From Phycisphaerae bacterium (GTDB lineage Bacteria > Planctomycetota > Phycisphaerae > Phycisphaerales > SM1A02), in assembly GCA_002717655.1 (NCBI GenBank), contig PBAY01000029.1, positions 15,242 through 79,241 of the forward strand: 64,000 nucleotides of DNA. Reading direction: 5' to 3'. Position 1 is the stretch's first letter, and each line of letters opens with the position of its first letter. Under the pieces are notes generated by a model. That model worked only from the letters and a program-made list of their open reading frames with translations, did no database searches and was not told the origin of the DNA. The position numbers and the translations under genes were made by a program. Shown piece after piece: positions 9,324-17,931 of this stretch.

Positions 9324-10037
9324 ATGACTGGTTGGGAAGTCATCATCTTCTTGTTCGGCGGCGCCTGGTACGTCATCAGTGCCATTGCGCAAGCCAAGGA
9401 CAAGAAAAAGAAGAAAGAGGCACGTCAGGCGGCCATGATGAAGGAGGTTCGTCCTTCTCCTGAGGAGGCTGCCGATGGTGACAAGGCCGGGAAGATACCT
9501 GCAGAACGGCAGTCCGATGGTGTGGTTGAGATTCTGGCAACGGCCAAGTCTCAGCTGGATGAAGCGGTGAAGCCTGAGAAGTTCAGTAGTCCATCTTCGC
9601 CCAAGCCTGTCAACGTTCAGGCTGGCAGCAAACCTCAGCCAACCATCGTCAGGGATGCACGCAAGGCAATCCTTGATGCGATGCGCAAGGAGATGGGCGT
9701 TGGGACAGCGGAAGCTGCCAAGCCATCGGCCCCGGTTGAAACGGCCTCACTCAAGGTTCCAGCCCAGCCCGCCCCCGCACCGCTGAGCGTCTCGCCGAGT
9801 CCACCAGTTTCAAGGGCAACTGCCCCAAGGCGAAGCACCCAGCAGCCCTCGGAAACCGCTCCCACGCCTCGCCCAAGACGAAGTTCTCAGGTTCAGGCCA
9901 TGAGCCCAGTAGGCCCAGTGAGCGGCCAATCCGTCAAGGATTACCTGCATTCCCCTGGGTCGTTGCGTCAAGCCATGGTCCTGACAGAGGTCCTGGGGCC
10001 TCCTGTGAGCCTCCGAGACAACCACCTGGGCGGCTGA
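9324..10037 (+). CDS. membrane-anchored Pro/Ala/Ser-rich low-complexity protein
   Basis: N-terminal TM WEVIIFLFGGAWYVISAIA, then a KDKKKKKE patch, a long P/A/S-rich linker and an ordered-looking tail SLRQAMVLTEVLGPPVSLR. Confidence 0.55.
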   Translation: MTGWEVIIFLFGGAWYVISAIAQAKDKKKKKEARQAAMMKEVRPSPEEAADGDKAGKIPAERQSDGVVEILATAKSQLDEAVKPEKFSSPSSPKPVNVQAGSKPQPTIVRDARKAILDAMRKEMGVGTAEAAKPSAPVETASLKVPAQPAPAPLSVSPSPPVSRATAPRRSTQQPSETAPTPRPRRSSQVQAMSPVGPVSGQSVKDYLHSPGSLRQAMVLTEVLGPPVSLRDNHLGG

Positions 10038-10044
10038 AGGGGCT

Positions 10045-10111
10045 GATCGAGATCCTGGCCCCCTGATCGCGGCATGATCGGCGGAGATCGCCGCAGATGG
10101 CGGCATGATCG
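10045..10111. promoter_or_regulatory. GATC cluster with a 12-nt perfect direct repeat upstream of the M24 peptidase-accBC unit
   Basis: Six GATC sites within 66 nt. GCGGCATGATCG occurs at 10069-10080 and 10100-10111. Confidence 0.35.
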
Positions 10112-10135
10112 TCTCAACGCTATACTTCGCCGCCA

Positions 10136-11293
10136 ATGACTGATATTGCATCCATGGAATTGACCGCCGCCCAGATAGAGGCCAGCCGAGCCAGGCTTGA
10201 GGGCCTTCGTGCGCGAATGGTCAAGTCCGAGGTCGGTGGTCTTCTGGTCAGTGCAGAGAATGACATCTGGTATCTGACTGGTTTCGTCGGTCACTCCGCC
10301 TTGTTGCTGGTGACCGCCGAACGTGCGGTCATCATCTGTGATCGACGCTACGAGGAATTCCTGCAGGCCTGGGATGCCTGCGAACTCTTCGAGGTCGTGA
10401 TGGGTGCTCGTCACAAACTTGGTCATGAGGTCAAGCGACTTGCCGGTGAAGAAGGTCTGTCCCGTGTCGGGATTCAGGCTGAGTCGATGACCATCAGCTT
10501 CCGGGATTCTCTGGCAGCATCGATAGAAGGTCTGGAGCTGTTCCCGACCACTGGACTGGTCTCTCATCTGCGTCGATGCAAGCGGCCCGAAGAGCTGGCC
10601 TTGATCGAGCGTGCCATCGCGATTCAGGAGCAGGCGTTGGAGGAATCTCTGGCTGAGCTGCGTCCTGGCATGACCGAATTCGAATTCACCTCGCTGCTTG
10701 AGTATCGCCTGCGAATGGCTGGTGCCTCAGGAGCGTCCTTTGAACCGATCGTTGGCAGTGGTCCAAACAGTTCGGTGATTCATCACATGCCAAGCGATCG
10801 ACCAATCGAAGATGGCATGCTGTTGATCGACTGGGGAGCCCGGGTCGAAGGGTATTGTTCCGATCTGACCAGAACGATGTGCTTTGGTCCGATGCCAGAG
10901 CCGATGGAACAGGTCTACGGCATTGTTCTGGAAGCGCTGGAGTCGGCCATTGAAGCCTGCCGGCCAGGCGCAGACTGCGCTGCAGTCGATGCCGTTGCCC
11001 GTGACGTCATCACGGACGCAGGCTATGGCGATCAATTCCCGCATGGTCTGGGGCATGGGGTGGGCATGAATGTCCACGAAGAGCCATTCTTCAGCAATCG
11101 TTCCGCAGGAACGTTGCTTGAGCCTGGCATGATCATGACCGTCGAGCCGGGCATCTATCTGCCTGGGATCGGTGGCGTGCGTATCGAGGAAGATGTTTTG
11201 ATTACCGAAACCGGGCATCGCGTTCTGGCCTCGTGGCCACGCAGTCTGGAGTCGGCTCAGCGCCCATCATTGCTGAGCCAGGAGAGATGTTGA
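10136..11293 (+). CDS. M24-family Xaa-Pro aminopeptidase
   Basis: Creatinase-like N-terminal domain plus pita-bread metal ligands (IDWGARVEGYCSDLTRT, HGLGHGVGMNVHE, GGVRIEEDV). Confidence 0.85.
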   Translation: MTDIASMELTAAQIEASRARLEGLRARMVKSEVGGLLVSAENDIWYLTGFVGHSALLLVTAERAVIICDRRYEEFLQAWDACELFEVVMGARHKLGHEVKRLAGEEGLSRVGIQAESMTISFRDSLAASIEGLELFPTTGLVSHLRRCKRPEELALIERAIAIQEQALEESLAELRPGMTEFEFTSLLEYRLRMAGASGASFEPIVGSGPNSSVIHHMPSDRPIEDGMLLIDWGARVEGYCSDLTRTMCFGPMPEPMEQVYGIVLEALESAIEACRPGADCAAVDAVARDVITDAGYGDQFPHGLGHGVGMNVHEEPFFSNRSAGTLLEPGMIMTVEPGIYLPGIGGVRIEEDVLITETGHRVLASWPRSLESAQRPSLLSQERC

Positions 11294-11294
11294 G

Positions 11295-11795
11295 ATGATT
11301 GATATTCGCAAACTCAAGGAGCTGGTTCGCCTGATGGTGGCCAATGATCTTTCAGAGATCGATCTTCGCGACAGCGAGGAGCAGGTCACGATTCATCGGC
11401 CATCACCCTACGCGACACCGCAGGTGACGCATCAGCCCGCACCGCCAGCAGCAGCCCCGGTCGCTGCTGCACCACCTTCGGAAGCGGCCGCTCCCAGTGC
11501 TTCGGTTCCTTCGCCACAGCCGGCCACTGAGCCGGCAGCCGATGACACGGCTGGCCTGGTTCCGGTTCAAAGCCCGATGGTGGGGACCTTCTATGCCGCG
11601 TCCTCTCCGGATGTTGATGACTTCGTCAAGGTTGGCAGCAGCATTGCCGCAGGTGATGTCGTGTGTCTGGTCGAAGCGATGAAGATCTTCAACGAGATCA
11701 AAGCTGAATCCGGCGGAACCGTCCAGAAGATTCTGGTCAACAATGGTGACTCCGTTGAATTCGGACAGGACCTTTTTCTCGTCAAGCCATCCTGA
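11295..11795 (+). CDS. accB: acetyl-CoA carboxylase biotin carboxyl carrier protein
   Basis: Pro/Ala linker followed by a biotinyl domain with the EAMKIFNEI motif. Starts 1 nt after the peptidase stop. Confidence 0.9.
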   Translation: MIDIRKLKELVRLMVANDLSEIDLRDSEEQVTIHRPSPYATPQVTHQPAPPAAAPVAAAPPSEAAAPSASVPSPQPATEPAADDTAGLVPVQSPMVGTFYAASSPDVDDFVKVGSSIAAGDVVCLVEAMKIFNEIKAESGGTVQKILVNNGDSVEFGQDLFLVKPS

Positions 11796-11848
11796 CCTGA
11801 TCGGTCAGGGCGGCGTAATCCCGAGCGTCTACGAGCGGAGCGGATGCC

Positions 11849-13207
11849 TTGTTTTCACGAATACTCATAGCCAATCGTGGCGAGATCGCCTTGCGTATCA
11901 TTCGAGCTGCCCGTGAGCTTGGAGTCGAGACCGTCTGTGTCTACTCCGAAGCTGACAAGGGTGGCCCCTGGTTGGATCAGGCTGATGAGACCGTCTGCAT
12001 CGGTCCCGGCCCCTCGGCGGATTCCTATCTGCGGATCGACCGGATCATCTCAGCTGCGGAAACGACCAAGGCGGATGCGATTCATCCCGGGTACGGATTT
12101 CTTTCTGAGAATGCTCACTTCGCCGAAGTGTGCCGAGATTGCCAGATCACCTTCATCGGCCCCAGCCCGGAAGCCATGGGGCTGCTTGGAGACAAGGTCT
12201 CCTGCCGAGCCATGGCGCAGAAGAGCGGCACGCCGATCTTCCCCGGTTCACCTGGTGAGATCGAAGAAGATGAGGAAGCCATCAAGGTTGCCGAGGAGAT
12301 CGGTTATCCCGTGATCGTCAAGGCTGCCGCAGGTGGTGGTGGACGAGGGATGCGGATCGCTCGCGACGAAGAAGAACTCAAGGCCGGGCTCACCTCGGCA
12401 CGTCAGGAGGCTGTTGCAGCCTTCGGCAATGGTGCCGTCTATGTCGAGAAGTTCCTCGAGCGGGCACGCCACGTCGAGGTGCAATGCCTGGGTGATCAGC
12501 ATGGCAATGCGATTCATCTCTACAACCGTGATTGCACCTCCCAGCGTCGTCATCAGAAGCTGATCGAGGAAGGGCCTGCCCCGGGCGTCTCCGATGAAGT
12601 CCGCGATGCGGTCTGTGAATCGGCAGCACGCCTGATCCAATCAGCCAACTACTGCGGTGCCGCAACCTGTGAATTCCTGATGGATCAGTCCGGTGACTTC
12701 TACATGCTGGAAGTCAATACCCGGATCCAGGTCGAACATCCCGTGACCGAAATGATCACCGGTGTTGATCTCGTGAAGGAAATGATCCGTTGTTCCGCAG
12801 GTGAACCACTGGCCTACAAGCAGTCCGACATCAAGCTCATCGGGCACGCCATCGAGTGCCGGATCAATGCCGAGGATCCCGACCGCGGATTCATGCCGCA
12901 GCCTGGTCTGGTCGAGGAGTTCAGGCAGCCTGGCGGTTTCGGCGTTCGAGTCGATACCCATGTGCAGCCGGGCTACCGAGTTCCGCCGAACTATGACTCA
13001 ATGATCGCCAAGTTGATTGTTTCAGGCGAAGACCGGGCGGAAGCCATCGCCAGAATGAAATCAGCGATTGATGAATTCAAGATCGGGCCGATCAAGACGA
13101 CCTTGCCGCTGCATCGCAGGTTGATGGATGCTCGTGAGTTCGTCGAGACGGACTTCGACATCCATTACGTGGAGCGATGGCTTGAGCAAGAGGAAGCCAA
13201 GGTCTAG
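11849..13207 (+). CDS. accC: acetyl-CoA carboxylase biotin carboxylase
   Basis: FSRILIANRGEIALRIIRAARELG, the ATP-grasp loop KAAAGGGGRGMR and EVNTRIQVEHPVTE. TTG start. Confidence 0.92.
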   Translation: MFSRILIANRGEIALRIIRAARELGVETVCVYSEADKGGPWLDQADETVCIGPGPSADSYLRIDRIISAAETTKADAIHPGYGFLSENAHFAEVCRDCQITFIGPSPEAMGLLGDKVSCRAMAQKSGTPIFPGSPGEIEEDEEAIKVAEEIGYPVIVKAAAGGGGRGMRIARDEEELKAGLTSARQEAVAAFGNGAVYVEKFLERARHVEVQCLGDQHGNAIHLYNRDCTSQRRHQKLIEEGPAPGVSDEVRDAVCESAARLIQSANYCGAATCEFLMDQSGDFYMLEVNTRIQVEHPVTEMITGVDLVKEMIRCSAGEPLAYKQSDIKLIGHAIECRINAEDPDRGFMPQPGLVEEFRQPGGFGVRVDTHVQPGYRVPPNYDSMIAKLIVSGEDRAEAIARMKSAIDEFKIGPIKTTLPLHRRLMDAREFVETDFDIHYVERWLEQEEAKV

Positions 13208-13221
13208 CGATCCGAGCTCGG

Positions 13222-14889
13222 CTAGCGTGAGTTGACCGCGACACCTTCGATGAAGCCGACCACGACGTTGCCGACACGGAGTTCATCAAGTTCGACACCA
13301 TTGGTGACTTCGAAGATCAGCCTCATCGTCTGACCACCACCACTGGATGGCTGTGCGCCGAGATCCTCGAGCGTACGGAGGAAGTCTCGTCGATTGAGCT
13401 TCACTTCGAAGTTGGTCGGAGTTTCCAGGTAGTACCCGATCGGTGCATAGGTGTTGTCATTCATGTCAGTGAGCTGGATCCGATCGCCAGCCTGAATCAT
13501 TCGGCGAACCTTGCCGAAGAGATTGGCGGGGGATTCTCGACTGACGTCGATCTGTACGATTGTGGTGCCATCGGTCTGGGCAATGCCCTTGAGCTGCAGG
13601 GCACGCGAGATGCGTGAAGCCTTGCTGCCTTTGCGCATGTTCATGTAGCCCTCGGTCAGATAGCCGTCCTGCTCGAGCATGGTGCCTGGCATCTTGTTCT
13701 TGCTGATGGTTCGAAGCAGGCGGATATTGCGGCCAAGATCAACCGTGCTGGAGATGTCTCCGCCTGGATCTTCGTTGAATTCGGTCGAACCCTTTGGATC
13801 GGCTTTGGCATTGCGGACGATCGAGGCGAACTCCGTCTCCCGTGAGGTATCCAGCTTGATTCGAAGGCCCTTGAGCTGAATGAACATGGGTTCGAAGTCT
13901 TCGTCAACCGTGAAGACCAGAGTGGCCTTGGTCTGTTCGCGGCCAGGGACACCGGTGACATACTTCGATCCGTCATCGAATTTGTACATCCGGTCTTCGC
14001 CCAGATCCGGACCGGACTTGGCTTGCTGGCCAATATCCTGAAGCCAGTAGGTTGGATAGACGATTGGTGCTGCTTTGCTGCCGGAAGCTCGTCCGATCAG
14101 GCGGGCCTGACTCTTGGAAAGAACCAGTTGTCGGCCGAAATCACGCGCATCCGCATCGAAGGTGACGGGGATGGTCACCAGTCGTTGAGCATTGCCTTCA
14201 TCGTCCTCATCGATGGTGCTGATCATCGGTGCGCTGACACTGACGGATCCGGGTGGAACATAGAACTGCCCCTTGTCTCCCTGTGGCGTATCACGCAGCA
14301 GTGATGCCTGTTTGTACATCTCAGGGTTGTACTGACGGAGTGGGGTGTTCCCGATGTCAGGACGCATGCCGGTGATGCTGGCCCATTCGTAGAAGGTTGA
14401 GGTCAGCTTGTCAGCTGGAAGCCACATCTTGTCGCCGACGGGACCGATGTCGGCATTGCCGACCTTCTCTCGGCCGAATCCCTTGTATCCCAGGAACTCA
14501 TGTGGACGTTGAATGAAGCCGCTGCCGATGAGCATCATGCCTACCGCGATGATGCCTGCTACGGCACCGGAGGAGAATCCTCCGATCAGATCGACTGCAG
14601 GATGCACCTTGAGATTCTCTTCAATGAGCTGGTCAGTGCCGACTCGAAAGATCAGCACGAGCCCGATGAACAGGAAGACGAATGAAAGGCCGGGCAGGTA
14701 GTAGTCAAAGACGCCTGTGTTGCCCAATGCGAGATCGTAGACCAGGTACTCCCAGATGGCGAAGGTCATGGCGCCGGCGATGATCACCGCAAGCATGTGG
14801 AGGAGTCCGCTGAAGAATCCCTGATTGGACCACCAGTAGGCAATCAGGAAGACGATGACGATGATGACGAAGTTGAAGACAAGACTCAT
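13222..14889 (-). CDS. CvpA-domain membrane protein with a large C-terminal domain of unknown function
   Basis: The first ~130 aa are four hydrophobic helices resembling the colicin V production (CvpA) fold. The remaining ~420 aa are soluble with no recognisable motif. 18 nt downstream of the GspE-like gene. Confidence 0.6.
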   Translation of the reverse strand: MSLVFNFVIIVIVFLIAYWWSNQGFFSGLLHMLAVIIAGAMTFAIWEYLVYDLALGNTGVFDYYLPGLSFVFLFIGLVLIFRVGTDQLIEENLKVHPAVDLIGGFSSGAVAGIIAVGMMLIGSGFIQRPHEFLGYKGFGREKVGNADIGPVGDKMWLPADKLTSTFYEWASITGMRPDIGNTPLRQYNPEMYKQASLLRDTPQGDKGQFYVPPGSVSVSAPMISTIDEDDEGNAQRLVTIPVTFDADARDFGRQLVLSKSQARLIGRASGSKAAPIVYPTYWLQDIGQQAKSGPDLGEDRMYKFDDGSKYVTGVPGREQTKATLVFTVDEDFEPMFIQLKGLRIKLDTSRETEFASIVRNAKADPKGSTEFNEDPGGDISSTVDLGRNIRLLRTISKNKMPGTMLEQDGYLTEGYMNMRKGSKASRISRALQLKGIAQTDGTTIVQIDVSRESPANLFGKVRRMIQAGDRIQLTDMNDNTYAPIGYYLETPTNFEVKLNRRDFLRTLEDLGAQPSSGGGQTMRLIFEVTNGVELDELRVGNVVVGFIEGVAVNSR

Positions 14890-14907
14890 TGGAAACTCCG
14901 TAAACGC

Positions 14908-16575
14908 CTAGGCGCCCTGCTGACTTGGGGCTGGCTTTGCAGCTTTCTTCTTTGGGCTCAGGACCCGTCCGATTTCTTCGATGGAGGTTTCTCCAGATAC
15001 GGCCTTTCTCATGGCAGCTTCCTGAAGTGTGACCATCTTCTCCCGTCTGGCGATGGTCATGGCGCCCTTGAGGTCGCCCTTGATGATCGCCATGCGTGAT
15101 TCTTCTGAAATCGGGACAACTTCGAAGATCGCAGTGGTGCCGAGATATCCGCCGCCACGGCAGACCGGGCAGTCGATGACTTTGTTGCGATCCTGTACCT
15201 GCCCGCCAGCGCGATAGAGCTCCGTGCCTTCCGGCAGTCGAAGTCGCGAGGTGTCTGCAGGAACATAGCCCACCTTGCAGTTGTCGCAGAGGCGGCGAAG
15301 CAGTCGTTGATTCACGATTGCACGAAGTGGCTGAGCGGCTTGAGACGTGTCACCGATGTATTGAAGCCATTTCGTGAGACATTCTGAATTCGAGCTGGCG
15401 TTCATCGCCAGATAGAGAAGGGGACCATCCATGCCTGACGCGGCAGCAATCTTGGCGGTCTCCGCATCATCGCCACCGGCAATGAAGATGACATCCGGAT
15501 CACGGCGGAGCATGGACTGGAGCATCCGTGGATAGTCGACCTCTGGATCCGAAGGGTCCCAGACCTGCTGGACCGTGCCTTCCAGTTCAGCCTCGACTCT
15601 TCGTTCAAGAGAACGGATATTCGAGGTGTAGGAGTCATGGGTACTCATCAGGGCATAGCCGGTGGTGGTGAGGCCCTGACCGGCTGGGGCGGAGATGAGG
15701 ACCAGACCATTGCGGTTGTCCAGATCGACGAATGCATCGAGGATCTGACGTTGCTGATCCAGAAGGCCAAGTCCGTCGAAGGGCAGGCGAACCTGCTGGG
15801 ACTTGTCGAAGTCGAGCCGCAGAAGCTGACCTTTGGGGATGGCGGATGAGGTTGCCGTCACACCATGCTGCATGGTGGGGCTGCTCACCCGGAACTCGCC
15901 GATCTGCTGTCTTCTGGATTCCTTCAGGTCCATCCCCGACATCTGGCGGATGAGATTGAAGATCTTGGCGCCTGTCTCCGTGTCGAAGGTGTCGATCTTG
16001 GTACGGACCGTGTCGACCGTCATGCTTGCAATGCAGCCGCCGGAGCTGAGTCCAAGATCGACTCTGCTGGCTCGCTGTTCCATCGCCGGCTCAAGTACGG
16101 CTTCAAGCGTCTGGAAGATGATTCTTGCGGGATCTTCTTCACCTGGGACGGCAACCGGCTCGTTGTCGGATGCGATGTACTTCAGCGTGATATCACGCAT
16201 GGCCTTCATGGCCGCCTTCTGCTGCCGCTTCTCAGGATCGCGTGTCAGGCTGATGGTGTAGCGGTTCTCGGCTGGAACAGTTGCGTTTCGTTTCTTCCAG
16301 TAAACCAGTACTGGAGCGAACATCACCAGAATGCCAAGTGGCCAACCGATGTAGAACATCCAGCCGAAGATCATGAGTCCCAGGCCGGCGAAGGCGCACA
16401 GCAGGAACGCGATATTCCACTTCTCGATGCTGAACTGGTAGTAGCGGGCATCCTTCTGGATCTTGGTTGCAACGAGCCAGGCCCACCAGACGGTGGCACC
16501 CCAGATCAGCAGGGGTTTCCAAGGACTCAGGAGGAAGACGGCGGAGTCACTGAGGATCGGCAGAAAGTCAGTCAT
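14908..16575 (-). CDS. membrane-anchored GspE/PilB-family protein with degenerate ATPase motifs (putative pseudo-ATPase)
   Basis: About 95 aa N-terminal TM region. Family layout retained, including the tetracysteine CDNC...CPVC. However Walker A is APAGQGLTTT, the Asp box is ERRVE, Walker B is DPDVIFIAGGDD and the His box is DGPLLYLAMNAS. Confidence 0.7.
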   Translation of the reverse strand: MTDFLPILSDSAVFLLSPWKPLLIWGATVWWAWLVATKIQKDARYYQFSIEKWNIAFLLCAFAGLGLMIFGWMFYIGWPLGILVMFAPVLVYWKKRNATVPAENRYTISLTRDPEKRQQKAAMKAMRDITLKYIASDNEPVAVPGEEDPARIIFQTLEAVLEPAMEQRASRVDLGLSSGGCIASMTVDTVRTKIDTFDTETGAKIFNLIRQMSGMDLKESRRQQIGEFRVSSPTMQHGVTATSSAIPKGQLLRLDFDKSQQVRLPFDGLGLLDQQRQILDAFVDLDNRNGLVLISAPAGQGLTTTGYALMSTHDSYTSNIRSLERRVEAELEGTVQQVWDPSDPEVDYPRMLQSMLRRDPDVIFIAGGDDAETAKIAAASGMDGPLLYLAMNASSNSECLTKWLQYIGDTSQAAQPLRAIVNQRLLRRLCDNCKVGYVPADTSRLRLPEGTELYRAGGQVQDRNKVIDCPVCRGGGYLGTTAIFEVVPISEESRMAIIKGDLKGAMTIARREKMVTLQEAAMRKAVSGETSIEEIGRVLSPKKKAAKPAPSQQGA

Positions 16576-16618
16576 CGTGGTGTGGGTTCCCAGGCGTCAA
16601 GTGAACCAGCAGCAGGTG

Positions 16619-17785
16619 CTAGCTGATTCCCTTCAGGCGCATTTTCAGTTCCTCGGGCTTGGGGGTTGCTTCCAGAGCGACCTTGTGGTGGATCATCTCA
16701 TCCTCAACAAGTTGGACCAGGGAGGACGTGAAGTCGACCATCCCTTCCTGCTGTGATCGCTTGATGACATCCAGCAGTTCGCCTTCGCGAGCTTCAAGGA
16801 TGAATTTCTGGACGATAGGAGTGCCCAGCAGGATCTCGACCGCAGGGATGCGGGCGATATCCTTGTGCAGGGTGGGCAGCAGTTTCTGGTAGATGATGGC
16901 CCGGATGTTGTAGGCCAGCAGCTTGCGGATCTGGTGGGGTTCGCCTTCCTCGAACAGGTCATAGATACGCCCGAAGGTCTGCCAAGCAGAGGAGGCATGG
17001 ATCGTTCCGAACACCAGGTGACCGGTTTCCGCCGCTCGAATAGCAGCTTCAAAGGTTTCCTTGTCACGCATTTCGCCGACGAGAACGACGTCGGGATCTT
17101 CGCGGACCAGCGCTCTGAGGGCTTCATTGAAGCTCAAGCAGTCGATGCCGACCTCTCGCTGATTGATGGTCGATTTGTCTTCCTTGAAGATGTATTCAAT
17201 CGGATCTTCAATCGTCACGATGTGGCAGCGGCGTCTCTGGTTGACGTACTGAAGCATCGCTGCGATGGATGTACTCTTGCCTGAGCCGGTTACACCTGCG
17301 AAGAGGATGAGCCCGTTGGCTGACATGGCGACAGGGCCAAGTACTTCGGGGATATGGAGTTCCTCAAAGGTCTTGATGTCGGAGGTAATCAGTCGGCAGG
17401 CGTAGGAGACCCGGCCTCGCGTCATGAAGATGTTGACACGGAAGCGGCGTTCCTCGTCATAGTCATAGGCGATATCCATCTGCCCTCGGATTGCGAAGGC
17501 TTCGTACTGATGCTTGTCCAGTACATCGGTCGCGATCTGATGGGCATCGGCCCGGGACACCATTTCAGTGTTGAGGGTTCGAAGTGAGCCTCTCACACGG
17601 ATGCGGGGGATGGCGTCCGCCTTGATATGGATATCCGAGGCTTCATGGGCGATGCAGGCTTTCAGAAAGGTCCTGAAGAGCTTCTCGCCTTCACCCTTGG
17701 CGGTACCTTCGGCATGGGTGACAAGCCTTGGTGTAGACGATGCTGTAGTGGTCATTTCTTCCACGAGTCTCAATCCTCCTGCCAC
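16619..17785 (-). CDS. pilT: type IV pilus twitching-motility (retraction) ATPase PilT
   Basis: Intact Walker [10 protein letters not shown], Asp box TIEDPIEY, Walker [15 protein letters not shown] and His box [13 protein letters not shown]. Start uncertain between 17755 and 17785. Confidence 0.85.
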   Translation of the reverse strand: MAGGLRLVEEMTTTASSTPRLVTHAEGTAKGEGEKLFRTFLKACIAHEASDIHIKADAIPRIRVRGSLRTLNTEMVSRADAHQIATDVLDKHQYEAFAIRGQMDIAYDYDEERRFRVNIFMTRGRVSYACRLITSDIKTFEELHIPEVLGPVAMSANGLILFAGVTGSGKSTSIAAMLQYVNQRRRCHIVTIEDPIEYIFKEDKSTINQREVGIDCLSFNEALRALVREDPDVVLVGEMRDKETFEAAIRAAETGHLVFGTIHASSAWQTFGRIYDLFEEGEPHQIRKLLAYNIRAIIYQKLLPTLHKDIARIPAVEILLGTPIVQKFILEAREGELLDVIKRSQQEGMVDFTSSLVQLVEDEMIHHKVALEATPKPEELKMRLKGIS

Positions 17786-17896
17786 GCCCGAACCACGCCA
17801 TGCGGCCGCGGCGGTACAGATCGATCACTCTAGCAGATGGAAGGCGGTTTCTGGTAGATCCAGAGGGCTCTCAACCCCTTCCTGAGGCTCTCATCC

Positions 17897-17925
17897 TTGA
17901 CATTCAGCGGCTTGATCCGGATGAT
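17897..17925 (+). promoter_or_regulatory. candidate sigma70-type promoter for guaB (would give a leaderless or near-leaderless mRNA)
   Basis: TTGACA (17897-17902), 17-nt spacer, GATGAT (17920-17925), 6 nt before ATG 17932. Confidence 0.3.
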
Positions 17926-17931
17926 CTACAG

